From the human T2T-CHM13v2.0 reference genome, Homo sapiens: DNA of 64,000 nucleotides. Location of the stretch: assembly GCF_009914755.1 (NCBI RefSeq), contig NC_060935.1; one strand, written 5' to 3'. Numbering within the stretch: position 1 is the first letter of the stretch; every line of letters begins with the position of its first letter. Positions 1 through 27,474 of the stretch are shown in pieces. Both the position numbers and the translations under genes were made by a program. The notes under the pieces were generated by a model. The model saw only the letters and a list, made by a program, of their open reading frames with translations, was not told the DNA's origin and did not search any database.

Positions 1-330
1 AGCCCAAGGCGCGTCCGTGTGGAGGCTGGGGCTGACGCACCCCCACCCCAGGCCTCATCCCCAAAGGAGGATGCTCCACTGCAGGGGGCGGAGTCTTCTC
101 CAGATGGAGAAAGACTTTTTTATTTTCTCTGAATTCGTCTTAAATTAGGAAATCATGTGGGAATTGGAAAAGATTGGAAATTCTGACTTGTTTCCCAGGC
201 TCTGAAGAAACAGGAAGAGAAAAGTGAAAATAGAGTTAGCACCCCGCCCACTCATTTCAGTTTCTCCAGTGGCTGGCCCTGATTAGAAAAGTGTTTACTT
301 TTGGCAGGGGGCGGGGGAGGCCGACTTCAG
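1..330. promoter_or_regulatory. GC-box-containing tail of an upstream promoter region (by synteny, the flank of the RELA promoter)
   Basis: GC-rich with GGGGCGG/CCGCCC boxes (~83-91, 243-248, 307-315). The RELA link is inferred from known gene order and is not visible in this window. Confidence 0.35.
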
Positions 331-434
331 GTGACAGAATGGATTAATTAAAATCTTTGGTTAATGATATACAATTATCATTGAACCTTGCATGGATCCT
401 CTTCTTAAAATTCATGTATATTTATAACTTTTAA

Positions 435-737
<303 letters not shown>

Positions 738-1579
738 TAACCTTGTTGTCCAGGCTAGTCTTGAACTCCTGAGCTCAACTTTCCTCCCCGCTTGGCCTCA
801 CAAAGTGCTGGGATTACAGGCGTGAGCCACCACGCTGGGCCAGAATTCTGTATTTTTTAAATTAATTAATTAATTAATTTATTGTAAATAGAGATGGGTC
901 TCACTGTGTTGCCCAGGCTGGTCTCAAACTCCTGGGCTCAAGCGATCCTCCCACCTCAGCCTCCCAAAGTGGGATTACAGGCATGAGCCACCACACCTGG
1001 CCCAGAATTCTGTATTTTAAAGAAAAAAAAAGTTATATCTGCATGCCTACACAATATATCTTTTGGTTTTCCTTAGTTTTGAACTTTTTTTTTTTTTTTT
1101 TTGAGACAAAGTCTCACTCTGTCGCGCAGGCTGGAATGCAGTGGCATTCTGCTTACTGCAACCTCTGCCTCCTAGGTTCAAGCGATTCTCCTGCCTCAGC
1201 CTCCTGAGTAGCTGGGATTAAAGGGGCCAACCACCACGCCCAGCTAATTTTTGTATTTTTTTAGTAGAGACGGGGTTTCACCATGTTGGCCAGGCTGGTC
1301 TCGAACTCCTGACCTCAGGTGATTCGCCAGCCTCTGCCTCCCAAAGTGCTGAGATTACAGGTGTGAGCCACCGCACCCAGCCAGTTTTGAACTTTTATGA
1401 AGAGGGCATCATATGATTTGTTGTCCTTTGTTACTTGCTTTTTTCACTCAACCTGTTACTATGATTCATGTTTCACAGTTAATTCACTTTTTCACTGCTG
1501 TATACTATTTTGTTGTGTAAATATACCACAGTTTGTTTATTCATCCTGAAGATAGGCATTTTTATTTTTATTTTTTTGA

Positions 1580-1684
<105 letters not shown>

Positions 1685-2244
1685 TGAGTAGCTAGGATTA
1701 CAGGTATGCATCACCATGCCCGGCTAATTTTGTATTTTTTTTTTCTTTTGAGACAGAGTTTCGCTCTTGTTGTGTGCAATGGCACAATCTCGGCTCACAG
1801 CAACCTCTGCCTCCCAGGTTCAAGTGATTCTCCTGCCTCAGCCACCTGAGTAGCTGGGATTACAGGTGCCTGCCACCATGCCTGGCTAACTTTTTGTATT
1901 TTTAGTAGAGACGGGGTTTCACCATGTTGGCCAGGCTGGTCTCAAACTCCTGACCTTAGGTGATCCACCTGCCTCAGCCTCTGAAAATGTTGGGATTACA
2001 GGCATGAACCACTGCATCTGACTAATTTTGTACTTTTAGTAGAGACAGGGTTTCACCATGTTGGCCAGGGTGGTCTCTAACTCCTGACCTCAGGTGATCT
2101 GCCCGTCTCGGCCTCCTAAAGTGCTATTACAGGCGTGAGCTACCGTGCCCAGCCATGGGCATTTGGACTTCTAATTTTTTGCTGCCATAAGCTTTAGAGC
2201 ACTGAGTAATATATAAAAACAGCAATCATGTAGTTTTTAAAACT

Positions 2245-2545
2245 TAGTCTGGGGTTAAAGAAGTATGTAAACAACTATGTTTTCTTAAAGATTTATAGGA
2301 GCATTGTGACTGGACCAAGGACAAAGAAGTTCCCAACCTCCTCAGACCCTCGCTGCTGCCCAGATGTCTGCCATGGGGTACTTCTTGACCACACCCTCCT
2401 TCTCTTCCCTGCCCTTAACATAGAAAGAGCCTAAGATTGTACTGACTTAAAATGGTACTTTAGAACGCTAGTACACCGTCCTCTCAGTCTTGCTGGCTTT
2501 CAGAATAAATCAGTAAACCTACTTTTTCTCCCACCAACGCCCCTA
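2245..2545 (+). mobile_element. ERV1-type LTR fragment, family unresolved
   Basis: LTR-like composition with AATAAA (~2505) and a U5-like end, truncated by an Alu. Confidence 0.35.
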
Positions 2546-3232
2546 TCAGTTGGGATCCTCTTACCTCGGCCTCCCAGGTAGCTGGGACTATAAGCACTCA
2601 CCACCACACACAGCTAATTAAAAAGAAAACAATTTTTTGAGGCAGGGTCTCACTCTGTCGCCATGCTGGAATGCTGTGGCATGACTCGTTGCTCACTGCA
2701 GCCTCAAACTCCTGGGCTCAAGCAATCCTCCCACCTTAGCCTCCCAAGTAGCTAGGACTAACAGCGTGCACCACCACACTCAGCTAATTTCTTTTTTTTA
2801 ATTTTTAGTAGACACAAGATCTTGCTATGTTGCCAAGGCTGGTCTCGAACCTCTGAGCTCAGGCGATCCTTCTGTCTCAGCCTCCCAAAGTGTTAGGATT
2901 ACAGGCATGAACTACCAAACCCGGCTGAGTTTTTTAAAATCTTAATGAATGCATGGATTTAAATATATTAGCTGTGTTTTAATCAAGTATAGTTATTGAA
3001 ATTCAAATTATTCGTCTTTGGTTAGGGAGAACTTCTTCAAGTTGGTTGTTCTTCAGTCCTTTTGACACAATTCCAATATATGAGTCTTGGTGGCTCATAC
3101 CTGTAATCCCAGCACTTTGGAAGGCTGAATGGGGAAGACTGATTGAGGCCAGGAGTTTAAGACCAGCCTGGTCAACATGGCAAGATCCCTATGTCTATTA
3201 AAAAAATAATTTTAAAAAAGCAATTACAGTAG

Positions 3233-3516
<284 letters not shown>

Positions 3517-3787
3517 TGATCCACCTGCCTTGGCCTCCCACAGTGCTGGGATTACAGGCATGAGCCACAGCGCCTGGCCTGAAAAGATATTTCTAGACTC
3601 ATCTAGTAAATTTTCTGCCCCAGATCTGGAATCAGACAGCTTTCCAAGGAGTCCTGATTTCTCTTAGTAGGAAATGATATTTAAAGACTACAGCTTGAGT
3701 ACTTCGGATACTTATTGCTACTGAGTCAGTCATTGTAGATGTTTTCGGTGAATAGTTAGTACTTTTTTTTTTTTTTTTTTTTTTTGA

Positions 3788-3946
<159 letters not shown>

Positions 3947-4369
3947 TAGTAAAGACAGGGTTTCTCCATGTTGGTCAGGCTGGTCTCCAACTCCTGACCT
4001 CAAGTGACCTGCCCGCCTCGGCCTCCCAAAGTGTTGGAATTACAGGCGTGAGCCACCATGCCCAGCCAGTAATTTTTTAAAAAATGGGAGTCTTGCTCTG
4101 TCATCCAGGCTGGATTGCAGTGGTGGTGTGATCATAGCCCATTGCAGGCTCGAACTCCTAGGCTCAAGTGATTCTCCCTCCTCAGGTCCCCCAGTAGCTG
4201 GGACTACAGGCACACACCACCATGCTCAGCTAATTTTTTATTTTTTAGTAGAGAAGAGGTCTCACTATGTTGCCCAGGCTCATCTTGTACTCCTGGGCTC
4301 TAGCACTCCTCTTGCCTCAGCTTCCCAAAGTGTTGGAATTACAGGCATGAGCCATTGTGCCCAGCCTAG

Positions 4370-4548
<179 letters not shown>

Positions 4549-5112
4549 TAGTAGAGACGGGGTTTCACCATGTTGGCCAGGATGGTCTCGATCTCCTGTC
4601 CTGACCTTGTCATCTGCCTGCCTTGGCCTCCCAAAGTGCTGGAATTACAGGCGTGAGCTACCGCACCTGGCTGTAATTTTTTTTAAATACGAAATGCATC
4701 AGGAGTTCATACTAATGTTTCATATTCAAATTTAGAATTATAGGGTTTTTAAATTTTATTTATTTATTATTATTATTTTTTTTTGAGATGGAGTCTTGCT
4801 CTGTTGCCCAGGCTCACTGTAACCTCTGCCTTGTGGGTTCAAGCAGTTCTCTGCCTCAGCCTCCTGAGTAGCTGGAATTACAGGCACCTGCCACAATGCC
4901 TGGCTAATTTTTATATTTTTAGTAGAGACGGGGTTTCACCATCTTGGCCAGGCTGGTTTTACACTCCTGACCTCGTGATCCACGTGCCTCAGCCTCCCAA
5001 AGTGCAGGGATTACGGGTGTGAGCCACCGCGCCCAGCTAGAATTACAGGGTTTTAACTTAACCTTAGTCACTTTACATGTTTCTCCCATGTCAAAAATCT
5101 TGATTTTCTTTT

Positions 5113-8663
<3,551 letters not shown>

Positions 8664-9442
8664 CTCAATTCTTTCTCTGTTTTTTTATTTAATTTTAGAA
8701 ATGGGGTCTTGCTCTGTTGCCCAGGCTGATCTTGAACTCCTTGGCTCTGGGCTCAACCAGTCCTCCCACCTCAGCCTCCCAAAGTGCTGGGATTACAGAT
8801 ATGAGCTACTGCACCCAGCCTCAGTTCTCAGTGACACCAACCCATTACTCATTTGCTTTATCTCACACTGTATACAAAACAGTTTCAGAATAATGATACC
8901 AACTCTACCTCCATAATGATTTCTTTTTTCTTTTTTTATTTTTCATAAAACTTATGACTCAACATAATAAGATTTCTGAAAATATATTTTTGTAGTTCTT
9001 GTCCTTAGGTTATAGCCCACTAGGGATGATAGTCAGATAACTTTGTTTTGAATCTCTTTGAATAGTTAATCTCCATAAAGTTATACCAGCAAATTGATAC
9101 ATAGTTTTATTTTCCCTTTTTAGGAATTGCTTTTTAAAGTTTTATTTTTCTTCATAATGATGTGAAATATTATATCGTTCCAAAGTCAAATCTATATAAC
9201 AAGATATATTAAAAGAAGTCTTGTTTCTATCCCTGTCCTCTCCAACCTGCTGTCTCCCTTCCCCTATAGGTAACTAATTTTTTTTTTTTGAGATGGGATC
9301 TTGCTCTGTTGCCCAGACTGGGGCAATAGTGCAATCATAGCTCACTGTAGCCCCAAACTTCTGGGCTCAAGGGATCCTCACCCTTCAGTCTTCAGAGGAG
9401 ACTGAGGAGACTGAGGCCTGAGACTACAGGCACTCACTATAA

Positions 9443-9685
<243 letters not shown>

Positions 9686-9963
9686 TAGTAGAGATGGGGT
9701 TTCACCGTGTTAGCCAAGATGGTCTCAATCTCCTGACCTTATGATCCACCCACCTCAGCCTCCCAAAGTGCTGGGATTACAGGCATGAGCCACCACGCCC
9801 AGCTAACACCCCACTAATCTTTTAAAAAAATTTTAGTAGAGATGAGGTCTCGCTTTGTTGCCGAGGCTGGTCTCAGACTCCTGGGCCCAAGTAATACTTC
9901 CACCTCGGCCTCCTCCCAAAGAGCTGAGATTACAGGTGTGAGCCACCACACTGAGACTGATAA

Positions 9964-10122
<159 letters not shown>

Positions 10123-11182
10123 TGAGTAGCTGGGACTACAGGTGTCCGCCACCATACCTGGCTAATTTTTTGTATTTCTAGTAGGGACGGGATTTCACCT
10201 TGTTAGCCAGGATGGTCTCGATCTCCTGAGCTTGTGATCTGCCTGCCTTGGCCTCCCAAAGTGCTGGGATTACAGGCGTGAGCCACCGCGCCCGGCCACT
10301 TTTTTCTGTTTCATCATGTGTTTTCTTCCTTCTCCTTCTTTTTTTTTTTTTTTTTTAAGATGAAGTCTCACTCTGTAGCCCAGGCAGGAGTGCAGTGGCA
10401 TGATCTCGGCTCATTGCAACCTCTGCCTCCCAGGTTCAAGCAATAATCGCTCCTGCCTCAGCCTCCCAAGTAGCTGAGACTACAGGCGTGCACCACCATG
10501 CCCAGCTAATTTTTGTATTTTTAGTAGAGGCGGGGTTTCACCATGTTGACCAGGCTGGTCTTGAACTCCTGACTTCAGGTAATCTGCCCCTCTTGGCCTC
10601 CCAAAGTGCTGGGATTACAGGTGTGAGTCACCGCACTCGGCCTCTTCTTTCTTCTTAAAAAATATATTTTATATCCAGAGTTTCTTAGATAAATTGTAGT
10701 ATGAGGATGTCTTTTGAGGAACAGAAATCCTGAGTTTTAATATGGTAAAATTATTCAATTTTAAATGAATTTTTGTGGGCTGCACCTGGCCCACAGTTTA
10801 TTAATCCATTTGCATTGGTCCAGGGTCTCCAGAAAGAACCAAACAGATATAGATATATAAGAGGTGATTTATTATGGAAATTGGTTGACAAGGTTATGGA
10901 GGCTGAGAAGCCCCACAATCTGCCATCTGCAAAAATTTTTAAATGAATGCTTGAACCTGGGAGGCAGAGGTTGCAGTGAAAATTCTTCTATAAGAGTTCT
11001 CTAATCAAGATCAGAAAGACCGATCTTGATTGAATCTCCTAGACTTAAGTGATCCTCCTACCTTGGCCTCCCAAAGTGCTAGTATTACAGGTGTGAGCCA
11101 CCACACCTGGCCAATTTCTTTAATATACATGAATATTTAGTATTTATAGGATTATTCCATTTTTCTTGAGTCAATGGAATAT

Positions 11183-11955
<773 letters not shown>

Positions 11956-12022
11956 GGGCACTAGGTTTTCAAATTTATTTGTGTTAAGGACAGTTCTCAT
12001 ATGTTTTTAGCATCTTCAGCTA

Positions 12023-12211
<189 letters not shown>

Positions 12212-12495
12212 TCACTTGAAGCTGGGAGGCGGAGGTTGTGGTGAGCCGAGATCATGCCATTGCACTCCAGCCTGGGCTACAGAGCAAGACTCCATCTCAA
12301 AATAATAATAATAATAATAATTAGCTGGGTGTGGTGGTGCATACCTGTGGTCCCAGCTACTCAGGAAGCTGAAGTGGGAAGATCACTTGGGCCAAGGAAG
12401 TCAAGGCTGCAGTGAGTTATGATTGTGCCACTCCAGCCTAGGTAACAGAGTGAGACCCTGTCTCAAAAAAACAAACAAACAAACAAACAAAACCC

Positions 12496-12497
<2 letters not shown>

Positions 12498-12543
<46 letters not shown>
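12498..12543 (+). repeat. (CA)n microsatellite
   Basis: Perfect CA run in an Alu tail. Confidence 0.95.
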
Positions 12544-12546
<3 letters not shown>

Positions 12547-12970
12547 CATCTGGCCGGGTGTGGTGGCTCACGCCTGTAATCCTAGCACTTTGGGAGGATG
12601 AGGCAGGCAGATCACCTGAGATCAGGAGTTCAAGACCAGCCTGGCCAATACCACAAAACCCCGTCTCCACTAAAAATACAAAAATTAGCCGGGCAAGGTG
12701 GTGCGCACCTCTAATCCCAGGTACTCCAGAGTCTGAGGCACGAGAATCACTTAAACCTGTGAGTCGGAGTTTGCAGTGAGCTGAGACGACACCACTGCAC
12801 TCCAGCCTGGGCGACAGAGTGAGACTCCATCTCAAAAAATAACAACAACAACAACAAATCTGCTATGTCTGTGATTACATTTCCCTTTCATTCATTAGAG
12901 TATTGATTTGTTCTTACTCTTTTTATTGTCAGAGATTTGAGGGTTTTTTTGAGAATCTTTTCACATGTTA

Positions 12971-13700
<730 letters not shown>

Positions 13701-13749
13701 CCTTGTTTATTTTATTTTATTATTTATTTATTTATTTATTTATTTTTGA

Positions 13750-13908
<159 letters not shown>

Positions 13909-14375
13909 TAGTAGAGACGGGGTTTCTCCATGCTGGTTAGGCTGGTCTCGAACTCCCAACCTCAGGTGATCCGCCCGCCTCGGCCTCCCAAAGTGCTGGC
14001 ATTACAGGCATGAACCACCGCGCCCAGCCCAAATACCTTAATATGTTCAATATGGTCTTACTATATTACGATAATATTGAACATATATATTTGACTCAAT
14101 AAAGTCTTAATGTAAGACACTATCTTAACTGCTCTACTCACATCCCTACAGCAAAAGGGACTTTAAAAAACAGTTTGGCTTTGAGAATAGAAACGTTATC
14201 TGAAACGTTAGTCCTTTCAAATAATCAGGCCCATTGGCTGGCTGGGCATGGTGCCTCACACTTGTAATGCCAGTGCTTTGGGAGGCTGAGGTGGGAGATT
14301 GCTTGAAGCCAGGAGTTCAAGACCAGCCTGGGAGACATAGTGACCTCCATCTCCTGAATTTTTTTTTCTTTTTGA

Positions 14376-14483
<108 letters not shown>

Positions 14484-15066
14484 TAGCTGTGATTACAGGT
14501 GCCTGCCACCATGCCTGGCTGATCTTTGTATTTTTAGTAGAGATGGGGTTTCGCCATGTTGGCCAGGCTGGTCTGTAACTCCTGACCTCAAGTGATCCAT
14601 GGGCCTTGGCCTTCCAAAGTGCTGGAATTACAGGTGTAAGCCACTGAGCCTGGCCTCAGGTTGACAGTCTTTATCTTAACACTCATGATCTACATAGACT
14701 TGTAGCTGAATTTTGCAGATTCACTTTTGTTTTAATTAAATAAATTAGACATTGGCCAGGTGCAGTGGCTCACACTTTTTATTTTAATTTTTATTTTTTA
14801 AGACAGTCTCGCTCTGTTGCTTATGCTGGAGTGCAGTGGCGCAATCTCCGCTCACTGCAACCTCCGCCTCCTAGGTTCAAGTGATTCTTCTGCCTGCCTC
14901 AGCCTCCCGAGTAGCTGGGAGTACAGGCACATGCCACCACACCCGGCTAATTTTTTGTATTTTTAGTAGAGATGGGGTTTCACTGCGTTAGCCAGGATGG
15001 TGTCCATCTCCTGGCCTCATGATCCGCCCGCCTCGGCTTCCCAAAGTGTTGTGATTACAGGCGTGA

Positions 15067-15510
<444 letters not shown>

Positions 15511-15911
15511 TGACCCGCCCGCCTCGGCCTCCCAAAGTGTTGGGATTACAGACGTGAGCCACCATGCCCAGCCAAATATTGGGCTTGATTAAAGAAGGTT
15601 TCACTGACAGTAACAAAACAAAACAAACAAAACTAAGAAAATAACACTGGCTGGGTGTGGTGGCACATGCCTATAATCCCAGCACTTTGGGAGGCCAAGG
15701 CAGGAGGATTAACCTGGACAACATACTGAGACCTCATCTCCACAAAAAATTTGAAACATTAGCTGAGTCTGGTGGCCTACAAAAAATACTAAACTTAGCT
15801 GCGTGTGGTGTCACACATCTGTAGTCCCAGCTAGTTGGGGGGTGGAGGTGGGAGGATTGCTTGACCCTGGGTAACAATGTGAGACCCTGTCTCAAAAAAA
15901 AAAAGGGATGA

Positions 15912-16271
<360 letters not shown>

Positions 16272-16775
16272 TGATCCACCTGCCTTGGCCTCCCAAAGTG
16301 CTGGGATTACAGGCGTGAGCCACGGCGCCTGGCCTCTCTTAATTGATTTTTAACAAGTTTTCCAAGGAAACTTAATGGGGGAAAGTTTAATCTTTTTGAG
16401 AAATGGTGCTGGAACAATAGGGAAAAATAGTGAAACTTGGTCTTTCCCTTATGCCATATACAGGAAGTTGTTTCTTGTTTCTGCTGATATGCACTCATGG
16501 TCGTTTACCTTCATGGGTTTGGTGGGTGGTTGTGAGGTCAAATAACAGTTCTGTGGGTTCACCTTGGGAACGCTTCCTTCCACAGAGGGCTTGTTTCCGC
16601 TTCTGCTCCATCTTCTGCCATTAGGACTGGTAGGGTGAGGAGGTATGGGAGCACTGGATCCATTTTGGAACTAATTTGACCTCTCTTGTGAGTTTAGCTC
16701 TAAATAACAGTCTCAAAGTCAGCATTTCATCATTGTTCTTGTTCTGGGAATTTACAAACATTGGCCTAAGGTTAA

Positions 16776-16916
<141 letters not shown>

Positions 16917-17377
16917 TGAGTAGCTGGGATTACAGGTATGCGCCACCATGCCCGGCTAATTTTGTTGTTGTTGTTGTTGTTTTGTTTTGTTGTTGTTTTT
17001 GAGACAGCGTCTCGCTCTGTAGCCCAGGCTGGAGTGCAATGGCGTGATCTCACTCACTGCTACGTCCGCCTCCCAGGTCCCGGTTCAAGCAATTCTCCTG
17101 CCTCAGCCTCCCAAGTAGCTGGGATTACAGGTGCGTGCCACCATGCCCAGCTAATTTTTTTTGGATTATTAGTAGAGACGGGGTTTCACCATGTTGGCCA
17201 GGCTCCACCTACCTCGGCCTCCCAAAATCCGAGGATTACAGGCGTGAGCCACCACGCCGGTCCAACCCGGCTAATTTTTATGTTTTTAGTAGAGACAGGG
17301 TTTCACCATGTTGGCCAAGCTAGTCTCAAACTCCTGACCTCAGGTGATCTGCCCACCTCAGCCTCCCAAAGTGCTAG

Positions 17378-17536
<159 letters not shown>

Positions 17537-17644
17537 TGAGCAGCTGGTACTACAGGCGCCGACCACCACGCCCGGCTAATTTTTTGTATTTTTTGATAGA
17601 GACGGGGTTTCATCGTGCTACCCAGGATGGTCTCGATATTCTGA

Positions 17645-17932
<288 letters not shown>

Positions 17933-18145
17933 TAGCCAGGATGGTCTCGATCTCCTGACCTTGTAATCCGCCCACCTCGGCCTCCCAAAGCACTGGGATT
18001 ACAGGTGTGAGCCACCGCGACCGGCCTTTTGCTACATTTTAAAAAACTGTTGGCCAGGTGCAGTAGCTCATGCCTGTAATCCTAGCACTTTGGGAGGCCA
18101 AGGTGGGCAGGTCACGAGGTCAGGAGATCAAGACCATCCTGGCTA

Positions 18146-18418
<273 letters not shown>

Positions 18419-18433
18419 TCAGACCTGTAATCC

Positions 18434-19152
18434 TGTAACTGAAACACAGGTTCGGTTGCTCACTGCTTGCAGAGTCCAATTAATAAGAATGAGGTCTGTT
18501 ATAAAGAAACTGACTTTTTATTCCAAAGCCAGCTAGGGGAAGAAGTACAGGCTTCCTGCCTTAAGGGTACCACTTTGCCTTCAGAGCAGAAAGCTGATGC
18601 TTTTAAAGATGGGGGTGCTGGCATGCTGGCATGAAATGCACGCAGGGGAGGAAGCAAACAAGTAGGGGTTCGCGTACTCGCTTCAGTGCCTTATCTACCA
18701 GGTGGTCAAGCTGGTGGCTGCTGGTGCCTTTGTGGGCAGGACTAGATTGTAAAAGTGGCCCAAAACTCTCCAAATGGGAGAGATTTTTGTAGTGGGCATA
18801 CTTTGGGTTGTAGATGGACTATTGTTGTAATGTAGGTTCTTGAGGCAACCTCCTGGTGGGAGAGATTTCATAGCGGGTACACTTTGGTTTGTAAATTGAC
18901 TGTTATCTGTTGAGGCAGTCCCCTGATCGGACAGAGTTCTGTCCTGGAGCTTCTAAGCACCTAGTTAGATGAACTTGCCCTGTAGGGAGTGTGTGGTGAA
19001 GTGGAGGTAAAGGTTTATAATTGCATTTCTAAAGGGCTACATAGGAAGTGGGGAATGGGGGAAATGGAGAAAACAGAAAATAAGATAAAATAATTTAAAA
19101 ATAGTAGTAATTCATTATCTTTTTCTTTGAAAACTGGGGGTACTTGGTTACA
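18434..19152 (-). mobile_element. 3' LTR of the outer provirus
   Basis: TGTAAC...GTTACA termini; aligns by eye to 30170-30825; AATAAA on minus at ~18517-18522. Confidence 0.85.
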
Positions 19153-19239
19153 ATTCCTCACCGTCAAGTTCCGTTCCATTTCTTTGGGATTTAGACACCA
19201 TATTCATTCTGGCTACTTCCTGGTGAAAGGGGTTGTAGG

Positions 19240-19636
19240 TCATTGGGTGTCAAAGAGGAACTGAACTATTTGAAGTTGGAAATCTTCACAAATGCCCGGT
19301 CTTACAGATGATATTTGCTGGAACATTATGGTGCGAGGTGTGGAAATTCTCTGGGAAAGCCTGTCATGTAGTCTCATACAGAGGATGCCACAGCAGTAAA
19401 ATCCACACTGGAGAAGTGTACCTGTTTTTGCAACTAGGGCTAGAGTAGTAAGTAGCTTCCATCCCCAGGATGGTCCTGACCCGAACCAGGATGCCATCCA
19501 TGGATCTAACGACCATGTGGGGGCAGACATAGCTTTGATTTGCTGGTGCATATCTTGCAGGGCTATCTGAGACATTTCCAAATTATCTGGGATGTATACA
19601 CAGCAGTTAGTCTTAATTATAAGGCAGGTTCCCCAC
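19240..19636 (-). pseudogene. env TM remnant of the outer provirus
   Basis: Minus strand GTCLIIKTNCCVYIPDN (CX6CC motif) followed by a frameshifted membrane-proximal/TM segment (ORF 19240-19581). Confidence 0.75.
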
Positions 19637-19932
19637 TATCCATTGTAACCAGATATGATGACAGGTTGGCTAAATATGGATTTAACAGGTTACAGGAAAA
19701 GCTATAAACACTCATGAAGGTGATCATAAGTCCTGTCTAGTTCTTGAGAATGGATCAGTTTGGTTAAATAGTTGCATCCCATCCAGGAGGTGGCATTGCA
19801 GATGGGCTAGGCATTTACATGTGATGAAAGCAAACGGATTTTTAATAAGAGGCATTTCTGGCCAGGTGCAGTGGCTCACACCTGTAAGCCCAAAGTGCTG
19901 GGGCACTTTGGGAGGCCGAGGTGTGTGGATCA

Positions 19933-20229
<297 letters not shown>

Positions 20230-20949
20230 CTATGGAAACAGAAGAAAAACAAAGGTTAATGTTAGGCACAATATATCCAGATGTTAGATTCAAAGCATCT
20301 TTAATCACAGAGGAGGAAGGGGGTGGCCATCTGATGTGTTTTTCTCACCTGTATTACAAGGAATAATGTAGTAGTACTTTCATTGAGTTCAAATCAGAAC
20401 AATGGAAGAATAATTTGAAAGCATTAATTTAATAACCCGTAGCCTAGAAAGAATTCAAGATTTAATCCAAGTTGTGGAAAATTATAAAAACTCAAAAACA
20501 ACAGACAAGACTAGAATCTAACAACAGGTTTACTATAATTTTTTTTTTTTTTTGAGACAGAGTATCTCTCTGTTTCCCAGGCTGGAGAGCAGTGGCACAA
20601 TCTCGGCTCACTGCAGGCTCTGCTTCCCAGGTTCAAGTGATTCTCATGCCTCAGGCTCCTGAGTAGCTGGGATTACAAGCGTGTGCCACCACACCCAGCA
20701 AATTTTTTGTATTTTTAGTAGAGATGAGGTTTTACCATGTTGGCCAGGCTGGTCTCAAACTCCTGGCCTCAAGTGATCTGCCTGCCTTGGTCTTCCAAAG
20801 TGCTGGGATTACAGGTGTGAGCCACTGCTCCCGGCCTATAGTTTTTTTCCAAAACATAATTTTTATCTCTCTAATCCCAATTTTGCTAAAGACAAATCAT
20901 AGTAGGACAAATTTATTTGCAAAATAAGTTTTAATCTTATTTTACGAAG

Positions 20950-24547
<3,598 letters not shown>

Positions 24548-25234
24548 GTTTAATATACCAACTAGGCCGAATATGTCTCTTTAGGTCTTTAGGGTACCTA
24601 ATATCAAAAAGCGTTAACCAGATAAAAACAAGACTTAATTTAGAATTTGACTTTGGAAACTTTGTCATATATCAAAGGTTTAAACACTTGATATTACAAA
24701 ATAGAATCCCAGGTCATTAGAAGTCATTTATGTAGCCAAAATGATAACTCAAAAAAATTTTAAAGGCAAAAATCTTTACTTCTTGACTGATGGTAGACTC
24801 AACTTTCCAAACAAGACTCTAAAGACAGCACGAGGCCAACCAGATCTGTCTCTTTTCCCTCCCCTTTTTTTCTGTTGTTTATTCAAATGACAAACAATGT
24901 TTTGGTTTTTTTTGTTGTTGTTGTGACAGGGTCTCACTCTGTCACCCAGGCTGTAGTGCAGTGGTGTGATTTTGGCTTTCTGTAGCCTCAACCTCCCAGG
25001 CTCAAGCAGTCCTCCCGTATGAGTGGCTGGAACTATAGGTGTCTGCCACCACGACCAGCTAATTTTTGTATTTTTGGTAGAGACAGGGTTTCACCATGTT
25101 GCCCAGGCTAGCAAAATGTTTTATTACCTTTTAATATTACACAAAAATTTGTTCAAAAGAGCAAGTCAAATTTCACCTTTGCTTTAGTGTACTATTAATG
25201 TTAAACCCAATTCTTTTTTTTTTTTTTTTTTTGA

Positions 25235-25531
<297 letters not shown>

Positions 25532-25576
25532 TAATAAAACCTTATAAACAAATCTATCTAATATTAATTAGTTTTA

Positions 25577-25946
<370 letters not shown>

Positions 25947-26202
25947 TCAGACAGGATTCCATTGACTGAGGAGTTTTTAGAGGGACAGCAGGGGCTTCAA
26001 AGCACTATCTGTACACATATGGCCCAAATATCAGCTTTAATTAAGTCAGTTTCTAACTATAGAGCTCTCAAAAGAAAAACCCTTTTTAAATCTTTTATTA
26101 CCAGATTTTAGCCAGCACAAATGACTGATATTTCTGACTTTTGAACTTTTTTTTTTTTAACTAAATGTAACCTCCTACATGAAATCAATAAGACTTAACT
26201 AA

Positions 26203-26500
<298 letters not shown>

Positions 26501-27219
26501 TGATCCACCCGCCTCGGCCTCCCAAAGTGCTGGGATTACAGGCATGAGCCACCGCGCCCGGCCATGGCAAGCATTTTTTCCATGATCTAGAGTTGCCCCA
26601 GAGGTAGCTCAGAGAAAGAAAAATTTCAAGACAGGAAATCAGAATCTGTCCACGGAGGGAAAATGAATCAATAAATGGCAAAGGTCAACAAATAACAAAC
26701 CAGAAAAGACTCATTCCCTAAATCATGAATTGGACCCAGGCTGCCATTGTGAAAGGCTGAACCTTAGCTACTGAGCTACAGCATGGGGGAGACACCATTG
26801 TTCTTCCCAGAAGGAGCCTAGAGCAGGCACTGGTGAGCTTGCAAAGGATTTTAACTCCTCAAAAGAATGAAGGCGGAACATGACATTATCATGTGCTCTT
26901 TTCAGACCCAAGAGTCAAAGCCCTGTGACTTAACAGCACAAGGGATTTAAAAGCAATACAGAAGTTACATGGATGTAATAACCTTTCCAAGTCCATAATT
27001 TAAATTAGACTTTTTTTGAGACAGGGTCTTGCTCTGTTGCCCAGGCTGGAGTGCAGTGGTGCGACACGGCTCAGTGCAGCCTCGACCTCCCAGGTTCAAG
27101 TGATTCTCCCACCTCAGCCTCCCAAAGTTTGAGGATTACAGGCATGAGGCCCCACACCCAGCCTGAATGACCTTCTAGATAACTTTTGAATTAGACAAAA
27201 TTATTCTTCTTCTCAATAA

Positions 27220-27474
<255 letters not shown>

